DNA from: Smithellaceae bacterium
GTDB taxonomy: Bacteria; Desulfobacterota; Syntrophia; Syntrophales; Smithellaceae
Assembly (NCBI GenBank): GCA_963667845.2
Contig: CAXXVL010000001.1
Location: forward strand, 448,001-512,000
Direction: 5' to 3'
Length of the DNA: 64,000 nucleotides
Part shown: positions 21,733 to 32,672 of the stretch, in pieces
How positions within the stretch are numbered: position 1 is the first letter of the stretch
Layout of the letters: each line of letters opens with the position of its first letter
Notes under the pieces: model-generated
Database searches by the model: none
The model's input: the letters and a program-made list of their open reading frames with translations, nothing else
Told to the model about the DNA's origin: nothing
Position numbers and translations under genes: made by a program

Positions 21733-22620
21733 TTATGACTGCGGGCATTCAAGCAAATGACGATAATGCTCGCTCTTTATTAATTCTTTCAGCCAGGAAA
21801 CCATGTCCGGTCCCTTGAGAAACGGTTGTCCCCGAAAAAGAGATATAAACTCTTCGTAGGAATCTTCCACCTGCCTGATCGAGCCGCCAAGCAGGCTGTG
21901 AATGGTCCCCAGCGAATTCTGCTCGGCGATAAGCCGGCCCTGGTTGATGATGCCGGCCCTGATCAAATGCGTTGTCTGGCTGGCGCAGGTACAGGGGTTG
22001 CGATCATTGAGCAGGCTGCAATTCTTCGCGAAGTATTGATAAACTTTTCGCCGGGACCGCAGGTACGATTGCCGAAAGTTCGCCCGCGACATCTCGCAGA
22101 TCTCGGCGCCGGTTTTATCCGTGACATCAAAAATGCCGGCCAGCGTAAAGACAATTCTTTCCCGGCGGCTGAGGCAAAGAAGCACGCACAGGATACACTG
22201 GGACTTCGTTTCTTCTCTCAGACGTTCGCTATCCGCCCGTGCGTGTTTTTGATGATCGGGCTGGTTGTTAAGTAATATCGTGTCACCACTGTTTTCCATC
22301 ATCCGGGCGAAAAAAATTTCTTTTTTGTTTTCCTTCATATTCACAACGTGATTCGCGACAATACGATACAGCCAGGTCCGGAAAGCCGCTTTTTGCGGGT
22401 CATAGGTCGATAATTTTGTAATGACTTTTATCAGAACTTCCTGTGTGACATCTTCGGCAAGATGAATGTCGCCGGTCATCGTGAGCGCGATGTTGAAGAT
22501 CCAGGACTGGTGACGAAGAATCAGGGCTTCCAGGGCGCCGGGGTCGCCCTTCAAGGACTGCTCGATACAGTCGGCATCGCAGCGATCTTCGCTGTTTTTT
22601 TCCCCAAATGGATTGTGCAT
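21733..22620 (-). CDS. ECF RNA polymerase sigma factor with Cys-containing C-terminal extension
   Basis: AEDVTQEVLIKV, FRTWLYRIVAN, region-4 HTH, then CSLLNDRNPCTC. Confidence 0.9.
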   Translation of the reverse strand: MHNPFGEKNSEDRCDADCIEQSLKGDPGALEALILRHQSWIFNIALTMTGDIHLAEDVTQEVLIKVITKLSTYDPQKAAFRTWLYRIVANHVVNMKENKKEIFFARMMENSGDTILLNNQPDHQKHARADSERLREETKSQCILCVLLCLSRRERIVFTLAGIFDVTDKTGAEICEMSRANFRQSYLRSRRKVYQYFAKNCSLLNDRNPCTCASQTTHLIRAGIINQGRLIAEQNSLGTIHSLLGGSIRQVEDSYEEFISLFRGQPFLKGPDMVSWLKELIKSEHYRHLLECPQS

Positions 22621-22803
22621 CTTTCCCTCGTCACGAATAAGTGTTTACTGTTCTATAAACCTTATACCGGAAAGGAGAACTAGTGTGACAAAAAAATTTT
22701 GATTAAGCGCCGGGATTCGTGTGATTAAATAAAAGGAAATTGTCTCAGATTCGTTCAAATTAATCGCTTAACTATATTATCTGCCCCCCGTATTAAAAAA
22801 ATC

Positions 22804-22852
22804 TTGACAAAATAGCAGCATTCAATTAAATACTACCAAAACGATAGACATA
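22804..22852 (+). promoter_or_regulatory. Sigma70-type promoter plus candidate Rrf2 operator upstream of the Rrf2 gene
   Basis: TTGACA at 22804 with an AT-rich -10 region, followed by the imperfect dyad ATACTACCAAAACGATAGACAT. Confidence 0.45.
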
Positions 22853-22873
22853 CTAGGCTTGTAAAGCAGAAAT

Positions 22874-23314
22874 ATGAAATTATCAACAAGATCAAGATAT
22901 GGCATGCGGATGATGACGGATCTGGCCGACCATTACGGCGAGAATCCGGTCTTTCTGAAAGATGTCGCCAAAAGAGAGGATATTTCAGAAAAATATTTAA
23001 GCCTGATTGTCATTCCTCTGCGCGGCGCCGGTCTGATCCAGTCGATCCGGGGCGCCCACGGCGGATATCGCCTGACGCGCAAGCCGGACGATATCACTGT
23101 GCGGGATGTCTGGCAGGCGCTGGACGGCGAAATTTGCCTGGTGGATTGTGTGAAGGACACGAAAAGATGCGCGCGGATCAGTACTTGTCCCACGCGGGAT
23201 ATCTGGGGTATGCTGGGGCAAAAGATCAGCGAGACACTGAGATCGATAACGCTTAGCGACCTGGTGCGGATACGCCGTGAGAAGGCGGATAACAATATGA
23301 TGAGCAATATTTGA
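22874..23314 (+). CDS. Rrf2 family transcriptional regulator (IscR/CymR-like)
   Basis: MKLSTRSRYG, ISEKYL, S.RGAHGGY.L, C-x6-C-x5-C cluster. Confidence 0.95.
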   Translation: MKLSTRSRYGMRMMTDLADHYGENPVFLKDVAKREDISEKYLSLIVIPLRGAGLIQSIRGAHGGYRLTRKPDDITVRDVWQALDGEICLVDCVKDTKRCARISTCPTRDIWGMLGQKISETLRSITLSDLVRIRREKADNNMMSNI

Positions 23315-24409
23315 GTGAAAAAAATGGATCAATCCGGGAAGCCTTTAGGGAAAAAAGTTCTGGTGGCGATGAGCGGCGGCGTGGATTCATCGGTTGCGGC
23401 CCTGCTGCTGAAAGAAGCAGGTTACGATGTAACCGGTGTGACGATGTGTCTGGGCATCAGGCAGGAAGGCGATCGGACGAGTTGCTGCGGCGGCGACGCC
23501 ATCGAAGACGCGAAACGCGTCTGTGGTCAGCTGGAAGTTCCGCATTTTGTTTTTGACTTTGCAAAACTGATGGAAGAGCAAGTGATTCGCAAGTTCACTT
23601 CTGAATATGTAAAAGGAAGAACGCCGAATCCCTGCGTGGATTGCAACCGTTACCTCAAATTCGGGTCGCTGCTTGCGAAAGCCCGGGGCCTGGGTTTTGA
23701 TTATCTGGCCACCGGCCATTATGCCCGGATTGAGAAAAGGGGAGACGACTGGAGTCTTCTGCGTCCGGAAGACAAAAACAAGGACCAGACATATTTTCTT
23801 TATCCGATTAAGAAAGATGATTTGCAGAGGATTCTTTTTCCTCTCGGGAATCTCAACAAAGCGGATGTCCGCGCTCGCGCGAAAGAAGCCGGACTGCATG
23901 TGGCCGGGAAGTCGGAGAGTCAGGATATTTGCTTTGTGACGACGGGGAATTACCGGCAGTTCTTTGAAGAGAGAAATGTAACAGCCATGGCGGGCGATAT
24001 CGTCGATCAGGCAGGACGGATTTTAGGTCGGCATCAGGGTATCATCTATTATACGATCGGACAGCGCAGCGGTCTGGGAGTAAGCGCCAAGGCGCCCCTG
24101 TATGTTCTTCGTTTTGATTTCCGGGCCAATCAGGTTGTTGTCGGCTGCAAAGAGGATTTGTTGGCCGCGGGATTGATCGCCGGTGATCTGAATCTTCTGA
24201 CCGATCAATTTCCCGAAGAAGTGTCGGCCAAAATCCGCTACCGCAAAAAACCGGCGCGGGCAGCCTTGACAAAAGAGGACGGCAAACTAAAAGTAATCTT
24301 TAGCCAAGCGCAGGAATCCATTACGCCCGGGCAGGCGGTTGTTTTTTACGCGGATGATGAAGTGCTGGGCGGCGGCGTCATTGACGATGTTATTCGCGCC
24401 GTTGAGTGA
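23315..24409 (+). CDS. mnmA: tRNA 2-thiouridine(34) synthase MnmA
   Basis: AMSGGVDSS, TPNPCVDCN, ATGHYAR, KDQTYFL, ESQDICF, TPGQ. Alternative start ATG 23324. Confidence 0.97.
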   Translation: MKKMDQSGKPLGKKVLVAMSGGVDSSVAALLLKEAGYDVTGVTMCLGIRQEGDRTSCCGGDAIEDAKRVCGQLEVPHFVFDFAKLMEEQVIRKFTSEYVKGRTPNPCVDCNRYLKFGSLLAKARGLGFDYLATGHYARIEKRGDDWSLLRPEDKNKDQTYFLYPIKKDDLQRILFPLGNLNKADVRARAKEAGLHVAGKSESQDICFVTTGNYRQFFEERNVTAMAGDIVDQAGRILGRHQGIIYYTIGQRSGLGVSAKAPLYVLRFDFRANQVVVGCKEDLLAAGLIAGDLNLLTDQFPEEVSAKIRYRKKPARAALTKEDGKLKVIFSQAQESITPGQAVVFYADDEVLGGGVIDDVIRAVE

Positions 24410-24707
24410 GAGCGGATATGGAAAATTTGCAGAATAAAAAATTGATAAATCAGCATGCCTTTCCGGTTTGCGGAAATCTAATAATCCACGGGAGAACTTC
24501 GTCGGAGATGGTTTCACATCATCTCCGCTGTTTGATGCCCTCGTGTCAATTTTCACACCCTATGAATCGTCCGTCGGTAAACCGTTTTTAAATAGCAAAC
24601 GGCCCCCGACTTACGGATTAAGATGACCATCATCGATGAACTTGAGTGGAGTTGATCGAAAATCAAAACATTACGAGCCGTGACAATTGTTTCATTGAGA
24701 AAGGAAG

Positions 24708-26006
24708 ATGAACATGAGTAAAATTGATGAAAAACTAAAAATAGAAACACTGGTGCTGCACGGGGGACAGGAACCCGACCCGACAACGGGGTCCCGCGCG
24801 GTGCCGATTTATCAAACAACATCTTATCAGTTTAGGGACACCGACCATGCGGCAGCGCTTTTCGGGCTTACGGAATTCGGCAATATCTATACGCGGCTGA
24901 TGAATCCGACGACGGACGTTCTGGAAAAAAGAATCACTCTAATGGACGGCGGGATCGGAGCGCTCGCGGTGGCGAGCGGACAGTCCGCGATCACGCTGGC
25001 GCTCCTCAACATTGCCCGGGCCGGCGACGAAATTGTTTCGGCGGACAACCTCTACGGCGGAACCTATACGCTGTTCCACTATACGTTTCCCCGCCTGGGC
25101 ATCAAGGTGAATTTTGTCAAATCCAATGACTTGAAAGCGCTGGAAGCGGCGATCACGCCGCGGACCAAAGCGATTTATGCGGAATCCATCGGCAACCCTA
25201 AAATGGACGTGGCCGATCTCACAGGCATCGCCGCGATCGCCCGCAAAAACGGCATTCCTTTTGTGCTGGACAATACCGTATCACCTTACATCCTGCGCCC
25301 GTTTGATTTCGGCGTGGATATCATCGTGTACTCGGCAACGAAGTTTATCGGCGGCCACGGCACGTCGCTGGGCGGCGTGATTGTTGATTCGGGGAAGTTT
25401 GACTGGACCAACGGTAAATTCCCGATCATCGCCGATCCCGATCCGAGCTATCACGGCTTTAATTTTGTTGAGGCCTTAAAACCGGTGGGCAACCTGGCGT
25501 ATATTCTGAAGGCGCGCGTCACGCTTTTGCGCGACCTGGGTCCGGCGCTGTCTCCGTTTAACGCCTTTCTTTTTCTGCAGGGGCTGGAAACATTGCATCT
25601 GCGTATGCCGAGACACTGTGAAAACGCGCTGGCGGTGGCTCTTTATCTGGAGAAACATCCGAAAGTAAACTGGATCAACTATCCTGGACTGGCCGCAAGC
25701 CCCGAACACGACCGCGCCGTAAAATATTTGCCCAAGGGTGCGGGTGCGATTACGGGCTTCGGCGTGAAGGGCGGGATTGAAGCGGGCAAGAAATTTATCA
25801 ATTCGCTTGAGCTCGTTTCACATCTGGCCAATATCGGCGATGCGAAAACCCTGGCTATTCATCCGGCATCGACAACGCATCAGCAGCTGTCGCCGGAAGA
25901 ACAATTGGCCACGGGCGTCACGCCTGATTTTATCCGCCTGTCGATCGGGATCGAGCATATCGACGACATCCTGGCGGATATCGGGCAGGCTTTGGAGAAG
26001 ATTTAG
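24708..26006 (+). CDS. metY: O-acetylhomoserine aminocarboxypropyltransferase/sulfhydrylase
   Basis: [31 protein letters not shown] (PLP Lys), [19 protein letters not shown]. Confidence 0.93.
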   Translation: MNMSKIDEKLKIETLVLHGGQEPDPTTGSRAVPIYQTTSYQFRDTDHAAALFGLTEFGNIYTRLMNPTTDVLEKRITLMDGGIGALAVASGQSAITLALLNIARAGDEIVSADNLYGGTYTLFHYTFPRLGIKVNFVKSNDLKALEAAITPRTKAIYAESIGNPKMDVADLTGIAAIARKNGIPFVLDNTVSPYILRPFDFGVDIIVYSATKFIGGHGTSLGGVIVDSGKFDWTNGKFPIIADPDPSYHGFNFVEALKPVGNLAYILKARVTLLRDLGPALSPFNAFLFLQGLETLHLRMPRHCENALAVALYLEKHPKVNWINYPGLAASPEHDRAVKYLPKGAGAITGFGVKGGIEAGKKFINSLELVSHLANIGDAKTLAIHPASTTHQQLSPEEQLATGVTPDFIRLSIGIEHIDDILADIGQALEKI

Positions 26007-26034
26007 GTTCAAGGTTCAAGGTCCAAGGATCAAG
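26004..26034 (+). repeat. Heptamer tandem repeats (AAGGTTC-type)
   Basis: TAGGTTC AAGGTTC AAGGTCC AAGGATC, starting in the metY stop codon. Confidence 0.8.
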
Positions 26035-26052
26035 AAAAAAAGGAGACCAATC

Positions 26053-27012
26053 ATGAAAAGAATTTATGAAGATAATTCTCAGTCGATCGGCAACACGCCG
26101 CTGGTCAAACTCAATCACATCACGGCAGGCGCTAAGGCGAACATTTTAGCAAAGATCGAAGGCCGCAATCCCGCTTATTCCGTTAAGTGCCGGATCGGGG
26201 CGGCGATGATCTGGGATGCCGAGGAGAAGGGGCTGGTCAAACCCGGTGTGGAAATCATCGAACCGACCAGCGGCAACACCGGAATTGCTCTGGCCTATGT
26301 CGCGGCGGCACGCGGCTATAAACTGACACTGACCATGCCGGAGACGATGAGCATTGAACGCCGGAAAGTTCTGGCTGCCTTCGGCGCCACTCTCATCCTG
26401 ACCCCCGGGGCGGAAGGCATGAAAGGTGCGATCAATAAAGCGGAAGCCATTGCCGCATCCGATCCGCAGAAATATTTTCTGCCGCAGCAATTCAAGAACC
26501 CGGCGAACCCCGCCATTCATGAAAAGACAACCGGTCCCGAAATCTGGAGCGATACCGAGGGGGCCATCGATGTACTGGTTGCCGGAGTGGGCACCGGCGG
26601 AACGATTACCGGCATTTCCCGTTACATTAAAAATAAGATGGGGAAGAAAATTATTTCCGTGGCTGTGGAGCCGAAGGAAAGCCCGGTGATCAGCCAGAAG
26701 CTGGCGGGAGAGGATTTGAAGCCGGGGCCGCACAAGATTCAGGGAATCGGCGCGGGCTTCATTCCCGATACGCTGGATTTATCCGTCGTGGACCGCGTCG
26801 AGCAGGTGGACAGTATGGAAGCCGTGGAGTTTGCCCGGCGCCTGGCCCGGGAAGAAGGCATGCTGGTCGGCATTTCCTGCGGAGCGGCCGCCGCCGCGGC
26901 GGTACGGTTGGCAAAAAAGGCCGAGTTTGCGGGCAAGACCATTGTCGTCATTCTGCCGGACGCCGGAGAGCGTTATCTCTCAACGGTATTGTTTGAGGGC
27001 ATCGGTGTTTAA
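26053..27012 (+). CDS. cysK: Cysteine synthase A
   Basis: [55 protein letters not shown] before ATG 26053. Confidence 0.97.
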   Translation: MKRIYEDNSQSIGNTPLVKLNHITAGAKANILAKIEGRNPAYSVKCRIGAAMIWDAEEKGLVKPGVEIIEPTSGNTGIALAYVAAARGYKLTLTMPETMSIERRKVLAAFGATLILTPGAEGMKGAINKAEAIAASDPQKYFLPQQFKNPANPAIHEKTTGPEIWSDTEGAIDVLVAGVGTGGTITGISRYIKNKMGKKIISVAVEPKESPVISQKLAGEDLKPGPHKIQGIGAGFIPDTLDLSVVDRVEQVDSMEAVEFARRLAREEGMLVGISCGAAAAAAVRLAKKAEFAGKTIVVILPDAGERYLSTVLFEGIGV

Positions 27013-27088
27013 ACCGGATAACGGAGCCTGGGCAAATGTTTGAGGGATGGTTTGCGACCGGGAAAAATAACCGCGGGCGTTTGATCAG

Positions 27089-27907
27089 ATGACGGATGGA
27101 AAAACCATGGATGAAAGCGTATATGCGACTTTTGATGTCAAGGAAATCGTTTCCGTTGACGGCGCAGCCATCCGGTTGTGTGACTCAGAAAAAGCGGTTA
27201 TCGGCGAGATATCGCTGAAAATATACATCAACGGAACAGAATATGCGTCGCTTCTGTGCCTCAATCAACTGACCGAAGAACTGGCTCTGGGCTTTCTCTT
27301 CAGCGAAGGCGTCATCGACACCATCGCCGACATCGCCGCCATCTCTTATAACGAACGTCTCTTTGCCGTCATGATCACCCTGGCTGCCGGAAAGTCGGTC
27401 GAAAAATGCGAGAGTCTCCGCAGTGTAACGTCCGGCTGCGGCAAATGCTTTACCTATATCAATCCTCTCAAACATGAGAAGTTTCTGCCTGTCGCCAATC
27501 AGGATAGATTCCCGCTCCGTGATATCCTAAACGCCATGACCGAATTTGAGCGGCAATCCGAGATCTATCGGAGTGTGGGAGGTGTGCACAGCGTGCTTTT
27601 CCGGCATCGGGACTTTTCCGTTTTCAATGAGGATATCGGCCGGCATAATTGCTTTGACAAGATCGCCGGTGTTCTTTTGAAGAAGAATAAAATGACGCTG
27701 GTTCAAACGGGAATGCTGTTGGTCAGCGGGCGGGTTTCTTCGGAAATTATCACCAAAGTCATTCGTCTGGGCGCGCCGGTTCTTGTCTCGCGATCAACAC
27801 CCACCGCTGCCGCCGTTCATCTGGCCAGAGAATACAACGTCACGCTCCTGGGCTATGTGCGCGGTAAATCCGGTTTTGTCTATTCCGGGGAAGCCCGGTT
27901 GATGTGA
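27089..27907 (+). CDS. fdhD: Formate dehydrogenase accessory sulfurtransferase FdhD
   Basis: LALGFLFSEG, TSGCGKC, GGVH, EDIGRHN..DK, SGRVS.E, SRSTPT. Confidence 0.92.
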   Translation: MTDGKTMDESVYATFDVKEIVSVDGAAIRLCDSEKAVIGEISLKIYINGTEYASLLCLNQLTEELALGFLFSEGVIDTIADIAAISYNERLFAVMITLAAGKSVEKCESLRSVTSGCGKCFTYINPLKHEKFLPVANQDRFPLRDILNAMTEFERQSEIYRSVGGVHSVLFRHRDFSVFNEDIGRHNCFDKIAGVLLKKNKMTLVQTGMLLVSGRVSSEIITKVIRLGAPVLVSRSTPTAAAVHLAREYNVTLLGYVRGKSGFVYSGEARLM

Positions 27908-28142
27908 AACGGGCGGCATCCGGCTTGTCTCTCCCGTATCCGGGAACGATTGGATAAATTTGCGGATGATCTTTTTTTTTGCAGGACACTCTTCACCGCA
28001 TAAAAGCGTGCCGGGGCTAATTTATCGTGCGGATCTGAAACGATTCTCTTGTTTGGCGTTCCCTTGCCTTCTGCCGGATTCCTCAACACAAAAATAATCA
28101 TGTTAGCGTGTCAAAAATTCTTGACAAAATGCCAAATTAATG

Positions 28143-28175
28143 TGAACGCTCGTTCATAATTTGAATAAGCGTTCA
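28143..28175 (+). promoter_or_regulatory. Two tandem TetR-type operators
   Basis: TGAACGCTCGTTCA (28143-28156) and TGAATAAGCGTTCA (28162-28175), just upstream of the TetR gene; TTGACA at 28121. Confidence 0.7.
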
Positions 28176-28199
28176 AGCAGTCAGTCAGGGGTCCGGGAT

Positions 28200-28820
28200 A
28201 TGGATAAGAATCAGAGACGGGAGCAGGAGTTTAATACGCGCCGCAGCGCAATTCTTCTGGAGGCAGAAAAGAATTTTTCCGACAGAGGATTTCATAATGT
28301 GACCGTGGCGGAAATTGCCAATGCCTCCGGTTTTTCGACCGGCGCACTGTATCAGTTCTTCGAAAGCAAAGAGCACCTCTACGCGACGATGATCTTCGAA
28401 AAATTAGATGTGATGTATGAAGCAATCGAGCGGGAGGTGAAGGCGGCAAAAAATCTGCACGACAAGCTTTTGGCCCTGATCGAGACGCAGTTGCGGTTTG
28501 TTGAAGCCAACGCCGATTTCTGCCGGATATTTCTCCGTGGAGAAAATGAACTCTCGCCGCAAACGATGAATGACATTCATCAGCGGTTGCGCGACGATTA
28601 TTTTAGCCATTTATCTTTTATCGAAAATATACTAAAAGCCGGTATTAAAAATGGCACGTTAAGGAACCTTCCGCCGCGCGAAATCGCCGCAGCCATTTCG
28701 CATTTGATTCGTGCGGCTTCCATGGACTGGATGATCACCCAGTCCAAAGAGTCGTTGGTTTCCAAGAAAGAACTAATTCTGGACATTTTCTTTAACGGGG
28801 TGAAAAAACATGATCATTAA
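28200..28820 (+). CDS. TetR/AcrR family regulator
   Basis: FSDRGFHNVTVAEIANASGFSTGALYQFFESKEHL HTH. Confidence 0.95.
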   Translation: MDKNQRREQEFNTRRSAILLEAEKNFSDRGFHNVTVAEIANASGFSTGALYQFFESKEHLYATMIFEKLDVMYEAIEREVKAAKNLHDKLLALIETQLRFVEANADFCRIFLRGENELSPQTMNDIHQRLRDDYFSHLSFIENILKAGIKNGTLRNLPPREIAAAISHLIRAASMDWMITQSKESLVSKKELILDIFFNGVKKHDH

Positions 28821-30147
28821 TATCCGGAACCTGGTCATATCGGCGATAGCCCTCTTTCTTTGTCTTCCCCTGCCCGCCCGGGCCGCAGAGCCTCTGACGA
28901 TGGAAGAAAGCATCTCGATTGCCCTAAAAAACAGTCTGGTGATTAATATCGCCAAAGAAGGAACAAAAGGCGCCGAGGCCAGAAGGCGGGAGGCTTTAAC
29001 CGGGTTTCTGCCCAAATTGAGCACAACATACACTTATACGCGTCTCAACGACGAGCCGCACTTCTTTTTCCCCGGGTTTGGCACTCCTCCTGTGGGTGCG
29101 GGGAACATCGTGACGGGGACGATTGACAATTACAACTGGGTCGTTGAAGCCCGTCAGCCGCTTTTCGCCGGCGGTGGAATTCTGTTTAACTATCAGGCAA
29201 ACAGAATTGCCGAGAATGCCTCGCAGGTCGAGGAAACAGCGCGGTCTCAGGATGTGATCCAGGACGTCAAAATCGCCTATTTCAATATCCTGCGATCGCA
29301 GAGGCTCCGGGACACGGCCCGCCAGTCCTTGGAAATGCTTGCCGCCCATCGCGACTTTGCGGAAAATTTCTACCGCGTGGGTCTGATTCCCAAAAACGAT
29401 TTGCTGCAGGCGGAAGTGGAACTGGCCAACGGCAAGCAGGCGCTGATCAGGGCGCAAAATGCAATCGAGCTGGCGAAATCCCGTTTTAATACCGTTCTCA
29501 AGAGAGAATTGCTGTCGCCAACAGAGGTTATTGATATCCTCGATTATAAACCGCTTGATCAATCCTTTCAGGACTGTCTGGATATTGCGAGAAAGCAGCG
29601 GCCGGAACTGAAGATATCGGCGCTCAGGGCCGAGCAGGCCGGCCGCATGGTCCGCGTGGCGCAAAGTGAATACTTCCCCGCGCTCAATCTGGTAGGCCAG
29701 TACGCCCGCTTCGGCGATACGCCGTCGCTTTCCGGGACCGAATTTAAAGACAGGGAAACCTGGCAGATCATGGCGGTGGCCAGCTGGAATTTCTGGGAGT
29801 GGGGAAAGACGAAATATCGGGTGGATGCCGGAAGAGCTTTTGAAAATCAGGCCATCGACCAGACACGAGAGTTGAATGACCAGATCGCCCTGGAGATCAA
29901 AAATGCCTATCTGGTTTCGCAGGAAGCGGAAAGTCAGATCGCCGTTTCGCAAAAAGTGATCGATCAGGCCGAGGAAAATTTCCGGATTTCCGAGGCCCGT
30001 TACAAGGAAAGGGTGGCCCGCTCAACGGAAGTGATTGATGCTCAGACGCTTCTCACCCGGGCCAAATCCGAATATGCCAATGCCTTGGCCGACTACAATA
30101 TCGCTTTTGTCCGTCTGCAGAGAGCGATGGGCGTCATCAGCCGATAA
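28810..30147 (+). CDS. TolC family outer-membrane efflux protein (1)
   Basis: Signal peptide, LTMEESI.IAL, FLPKL, YFPALNL, helical repeats. Confidence 0.92.
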   Translation: MIINIRNLVISAIALFLCLPLPARAAEPLTMEESISIALKNSLVINIAKEGTKGAEARRREALTGFLPKLSTTYTYTRLNDEPHFFFPGFGTPPVGAGNIVTGTIDNYNWVVEARQPLFAGGGILFNYQANRIAENASQVEETARSQDVIQDVKIAYFNILRSQRLRDTARQSLEMLAAHRDFAENFYRVGLIPKNDLLQAEVELANGKQALIRAQNAIELAKSRFNTVLKRELLSPTEVIDILDYKPLDQSFQDCLDIARKQRPELKISALRAEQAGRMVRVAQSEYFPALNLVGQYARFGDTPSLSGTEFKDRETWQIMAVASWNFWEWGKTKYRVDAGRAFENQAIDQTRELNDQIALEIKNAYLVSQEAESQIAVSQKVIDQAEENFRISEARYKERVARSTEVIDAQTLLTRAKSEYANALADYNIAFVRLQRAMGVISR

Positions 30148-30197
30148 TCGATGGGTCCTTGTTCAGAGGAAAGATTCAGGGGAAAGGATTTTTAGGA

Positions 30198-31511
30198 ATG
30201 AAAAGAATAGGGTTGTGCCTGTGTATCTTGCTTGCACTCATGTTGATGGCGTCGCGTTCGGCAATGGCGCAGGAATACACTTTGCAAGATCTCTATCAGC
30301 AGGCACTGCAGAATTCGGAAAAGATAAAATTTGCTGAAGAAAACGTCTATATTGCCCGGACGGGCAAAGACAAGGCCTGGTCGCTCTTGATTCCCAAAGT
30401 GACGGCCTTCGGACAATACAACCGTTATTCACAGGGTAAATATGGTGATCCCCCCGCTTACAGCACGGTCGTCATTCAGCCGGAGCAATACGGGACATGG
30501 GGTGTCCGCGCCGATCAGGCCTTTTCGCTTTCCGTGCGCGAATTGGACGCATTAAAAATTGCCGGACAGTCGATTACGAAGAGTGAATTTGATCTTTACG
30601 CCGCCAGGGAGGATTTTGTTCTGGCCGTCGCGTCTTCGTATTATGATGTGCTCAAGGCAAAAAAGGGGCTGGAAATTGCAGCGGCCAATGTGGAGCGGCT
30701 CACCCAATACCGGCAATCCGCCGAAAAGCGGGTGACGGTCGGTGAACTGACCAAAACGGCCTTGCTGCGCGCCGATGGCGAATTATCGGGAGCGCGCGCC
30801 GACTATCTCCGGGCGACCAATGGGTTCAAACTGGCACGCGCCGCTCTGGTACGGATTACGGGCGTTCCCGAGACGTTCCGGTTAAAGGAGGTGGCGGTCC
30901 CCGCTTCCGAACCGGCTGGGTTTGAAAATCTGCGCGGCACGGCCATGCTCTCCAGATCGGATTTGAAAAGCTTCGATGTGCAGACGCAGATTGCCGAAGG
31001 GCAGGTCAAATATGCCCGGGGCGCCTTCTGGCCCAATATTGGTTTGTTTGCCATCTATAGCGGGATGGATCAAAGTCCCGGGTCGGGTACATTCAACAGG
31101 GAGAGTATTCTGGGCGGTGTGGCTCTGAACTTCCCTTTTTTTGAAGGGGGCTTAAGAGTGGCTGAACTCAGGGAAGCCAAGGCCAGAGAGCGGCAGGCGA
31201 AGCTCGCCTACAGCGACTTCAAGAAAAGCATTGATGTTGAATTGCGCGGAGTATACCTGGATCTGGAAACGCAGAAGGGCGCGCTGAAATTTTCGATGGA
31301 TCAACTTGTTTTTGCAGAGGATAATTATAATGCCGTCTTAAGGCAGTATGAAAACGGTCTGGTCACGAGTCTGGACGTGATGGATGCCAATTCCCTTCTT
31401 TTATCCTCCGAAAGAAATGTGGCTGAAGCTTTATACGGATATCAACTGGCCCATTTGAAGGTGAAAAGATCAAGCGGCACGTTACTGAAATTTGTTCAAG
31501 AAGGCAGTTAA
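30198..31511 (+). CDS. TolC family outer-membrane efflux protein (2)
   Basis: Signal peptide, TLQDLYQQAL, LIPKV, FWPNIGL, YENGLVTSLDV. Confidence 0.92.
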   Translation: MKRIGLCLCILLALMLMASRSAMAQEYTLQDLYQQALQNSEKIKFAEENVYIARTGKDKAWSLLIPKVTAFGQYNRYSQGKYGDPPAYSTVVIQPEQYGTWGVRADQAFSLSVRELDALKIAGQSITKSEFDLYAAREDFVLAVASSYYDVLKAKKGLEIAAANVERLTQYRQSAEKRVTVGELTKTALLRADGELSGARADYLRATNGFKLARAALVRITGVPETFRLKEVAVPASEPAGFENLRGTAMLSRSDLKSFDVQTQIAEGQVKYARGAFWPNIGLFAIYSGMDQSPGSGTFNRESILGGVALNFPFFEGGLRVAELREAKARERQAKLAYSDFKKSIDVELRGVYLDLETQKGALKFSMDQLVFAEDNYNAVLRQYENGLVTSLDVMDANSLLLSSERNVAEALYGYQLAHLKVKRSSGTLLKFVQEGS

Positions 31512-31553
31512 TACATCGATGCGCCGGCGCGTCATGAGGAGGATAAAACAAAA

Positions 31554-32672
31554 ATGAACGTACAAAACCCAGCAGCCGTCAGACCGAAATCAAGACAGTC
31601 CCGGGCCAGGACCCTGCTGTCTGCCGTCCTGATCGGACTCATGATCATCTCTCTTATATCCTGTACGAAGGAAAAGAAAGCGGAACCGGAACGGCTGGTG
31701 AATGTCCGCATCTGGCCCGCTGAAATTAAGCACGTTCAACCCTATCTGGAGACGACGGGCACTCTAAAAGCTGATGAGGAGGTTGTGGTCAGCTCCGAAG
31801 TGGACGGGATCATCAAAAAAATATTCGTTGAAGAGGGAACGGCAGTAGGCGTGGGATCGCTTCTGGCCCAGATTAACGAAACGGACTACATGCTGGACTG
31901 GAAAAGATCGGACGCCGCTTTGCGCCAGACGCAGGCATCGCTCGCCAATGCTCAGGCCGAGTATAAAAGGAAGTCCGCCCTGTATCAGGATGAGTTGATT
32001 ACGAAGCAGCAGTTTGACGATATCACCACGCGAGTTGCGCTGGCTGAGGCGGAGCTGGAAAGGGCGAAAGCGACACTGGCCATCTCCCGGGAAAAGCTTG
32101 TCCGCACCAAAATCCTTTCGCCGATTTCCGGCGCGGTTAAGGAGAAAAAAGTGTCGGTGGGTGATTATGTCCGTAACGGAACACCGCTTTTCCAGCTGAT
32201 TAAAATTGATCGTCTCAAACTTAACTTTACCATCACCGAAAAGGACGTGGCCGGGCTGAAGATCGGACAGGACGTCATGTTTACCGTCGACGCTTTCCCG
32301 GGGAAGCAATTCAAAGGCCGGGTGAACCTGCTTTACCCCAACGTCGAGGAAAGAACGCGGACGCTTCAGGCGGAAGCGACTGTCCCCAACGCGGATCGTC
32401 TGTTAAAGCCGGGATATTTTGCCCGGGTGCAAATATATACGCAGGCGGCGCGGGACGTCGTCGTGGCTCCCATTACGGCGCTGATGTACGACGGTCCCAC
32501 AATCCGGATTTTTGTGATCAACGGCAATAAGGCCAAAGAAAGAACGATTAAGACGGGCAATAAGTACGGCGAATATGTGGAAGTGACCGAGGGACTCAAG
32601 GATAAAGAACAGATTGTCATAGTCGGGCAGAACAATCTGTCGGAAGGAGTGAAGGTCAATGTGGCTCGCTGA
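31554..32672 (+). CDS. RND efflux periplasmic adaptor (MFP)
   Basis: VSSEVDGII..IFVEEG, ILSPISG.V, TRTL, LKPG.F, GL...EQIV..G. Confidence 0.95.
   Translation: MNVQNPAAVRPKSRQSRARTLLSAVLIGLMIISLISCTKEKKAEPERLVNVRIWPAEIKHVQPYLETTGTLKADEEVVVSSEVDGIIKKIFVEEGTAVGVGSLLAQINETDYMLDWKRSDAALRQTQASLANAQAEYKRKSALYQDELITKQQFDDITTRVALAEAELERAKATLAISREKLVRTKILSPISGAVKEKKVSVGDYVRNGTPLFQLIKIDRLKLNFTITEKDVAGLKIGQDVMFTVDAFPGKQFKGRVNLLYPNVEERTRTLQAEATVPNADRLLKPGYFARVQIYTQAARDVVVAPITALMYDGPTIRIFVINGNKAKERTIKTGNKYGEYVEVTEGLKDKEQIVIVGQNNLSEGVKVNVAR

Noticed and set aside
23312..23340. Rrf2 TGA is in frame with mnmA (possible Sec read-through fusion)
   Set aside because: No SECIS-like hairpin at the right spacing, no redox motif context, and both proteins are complete on their own.
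24410..24707. Possible SAM or T-box leader upstream of metY
   Set aside because: No recognisable SAM-I core or T-box motif found.
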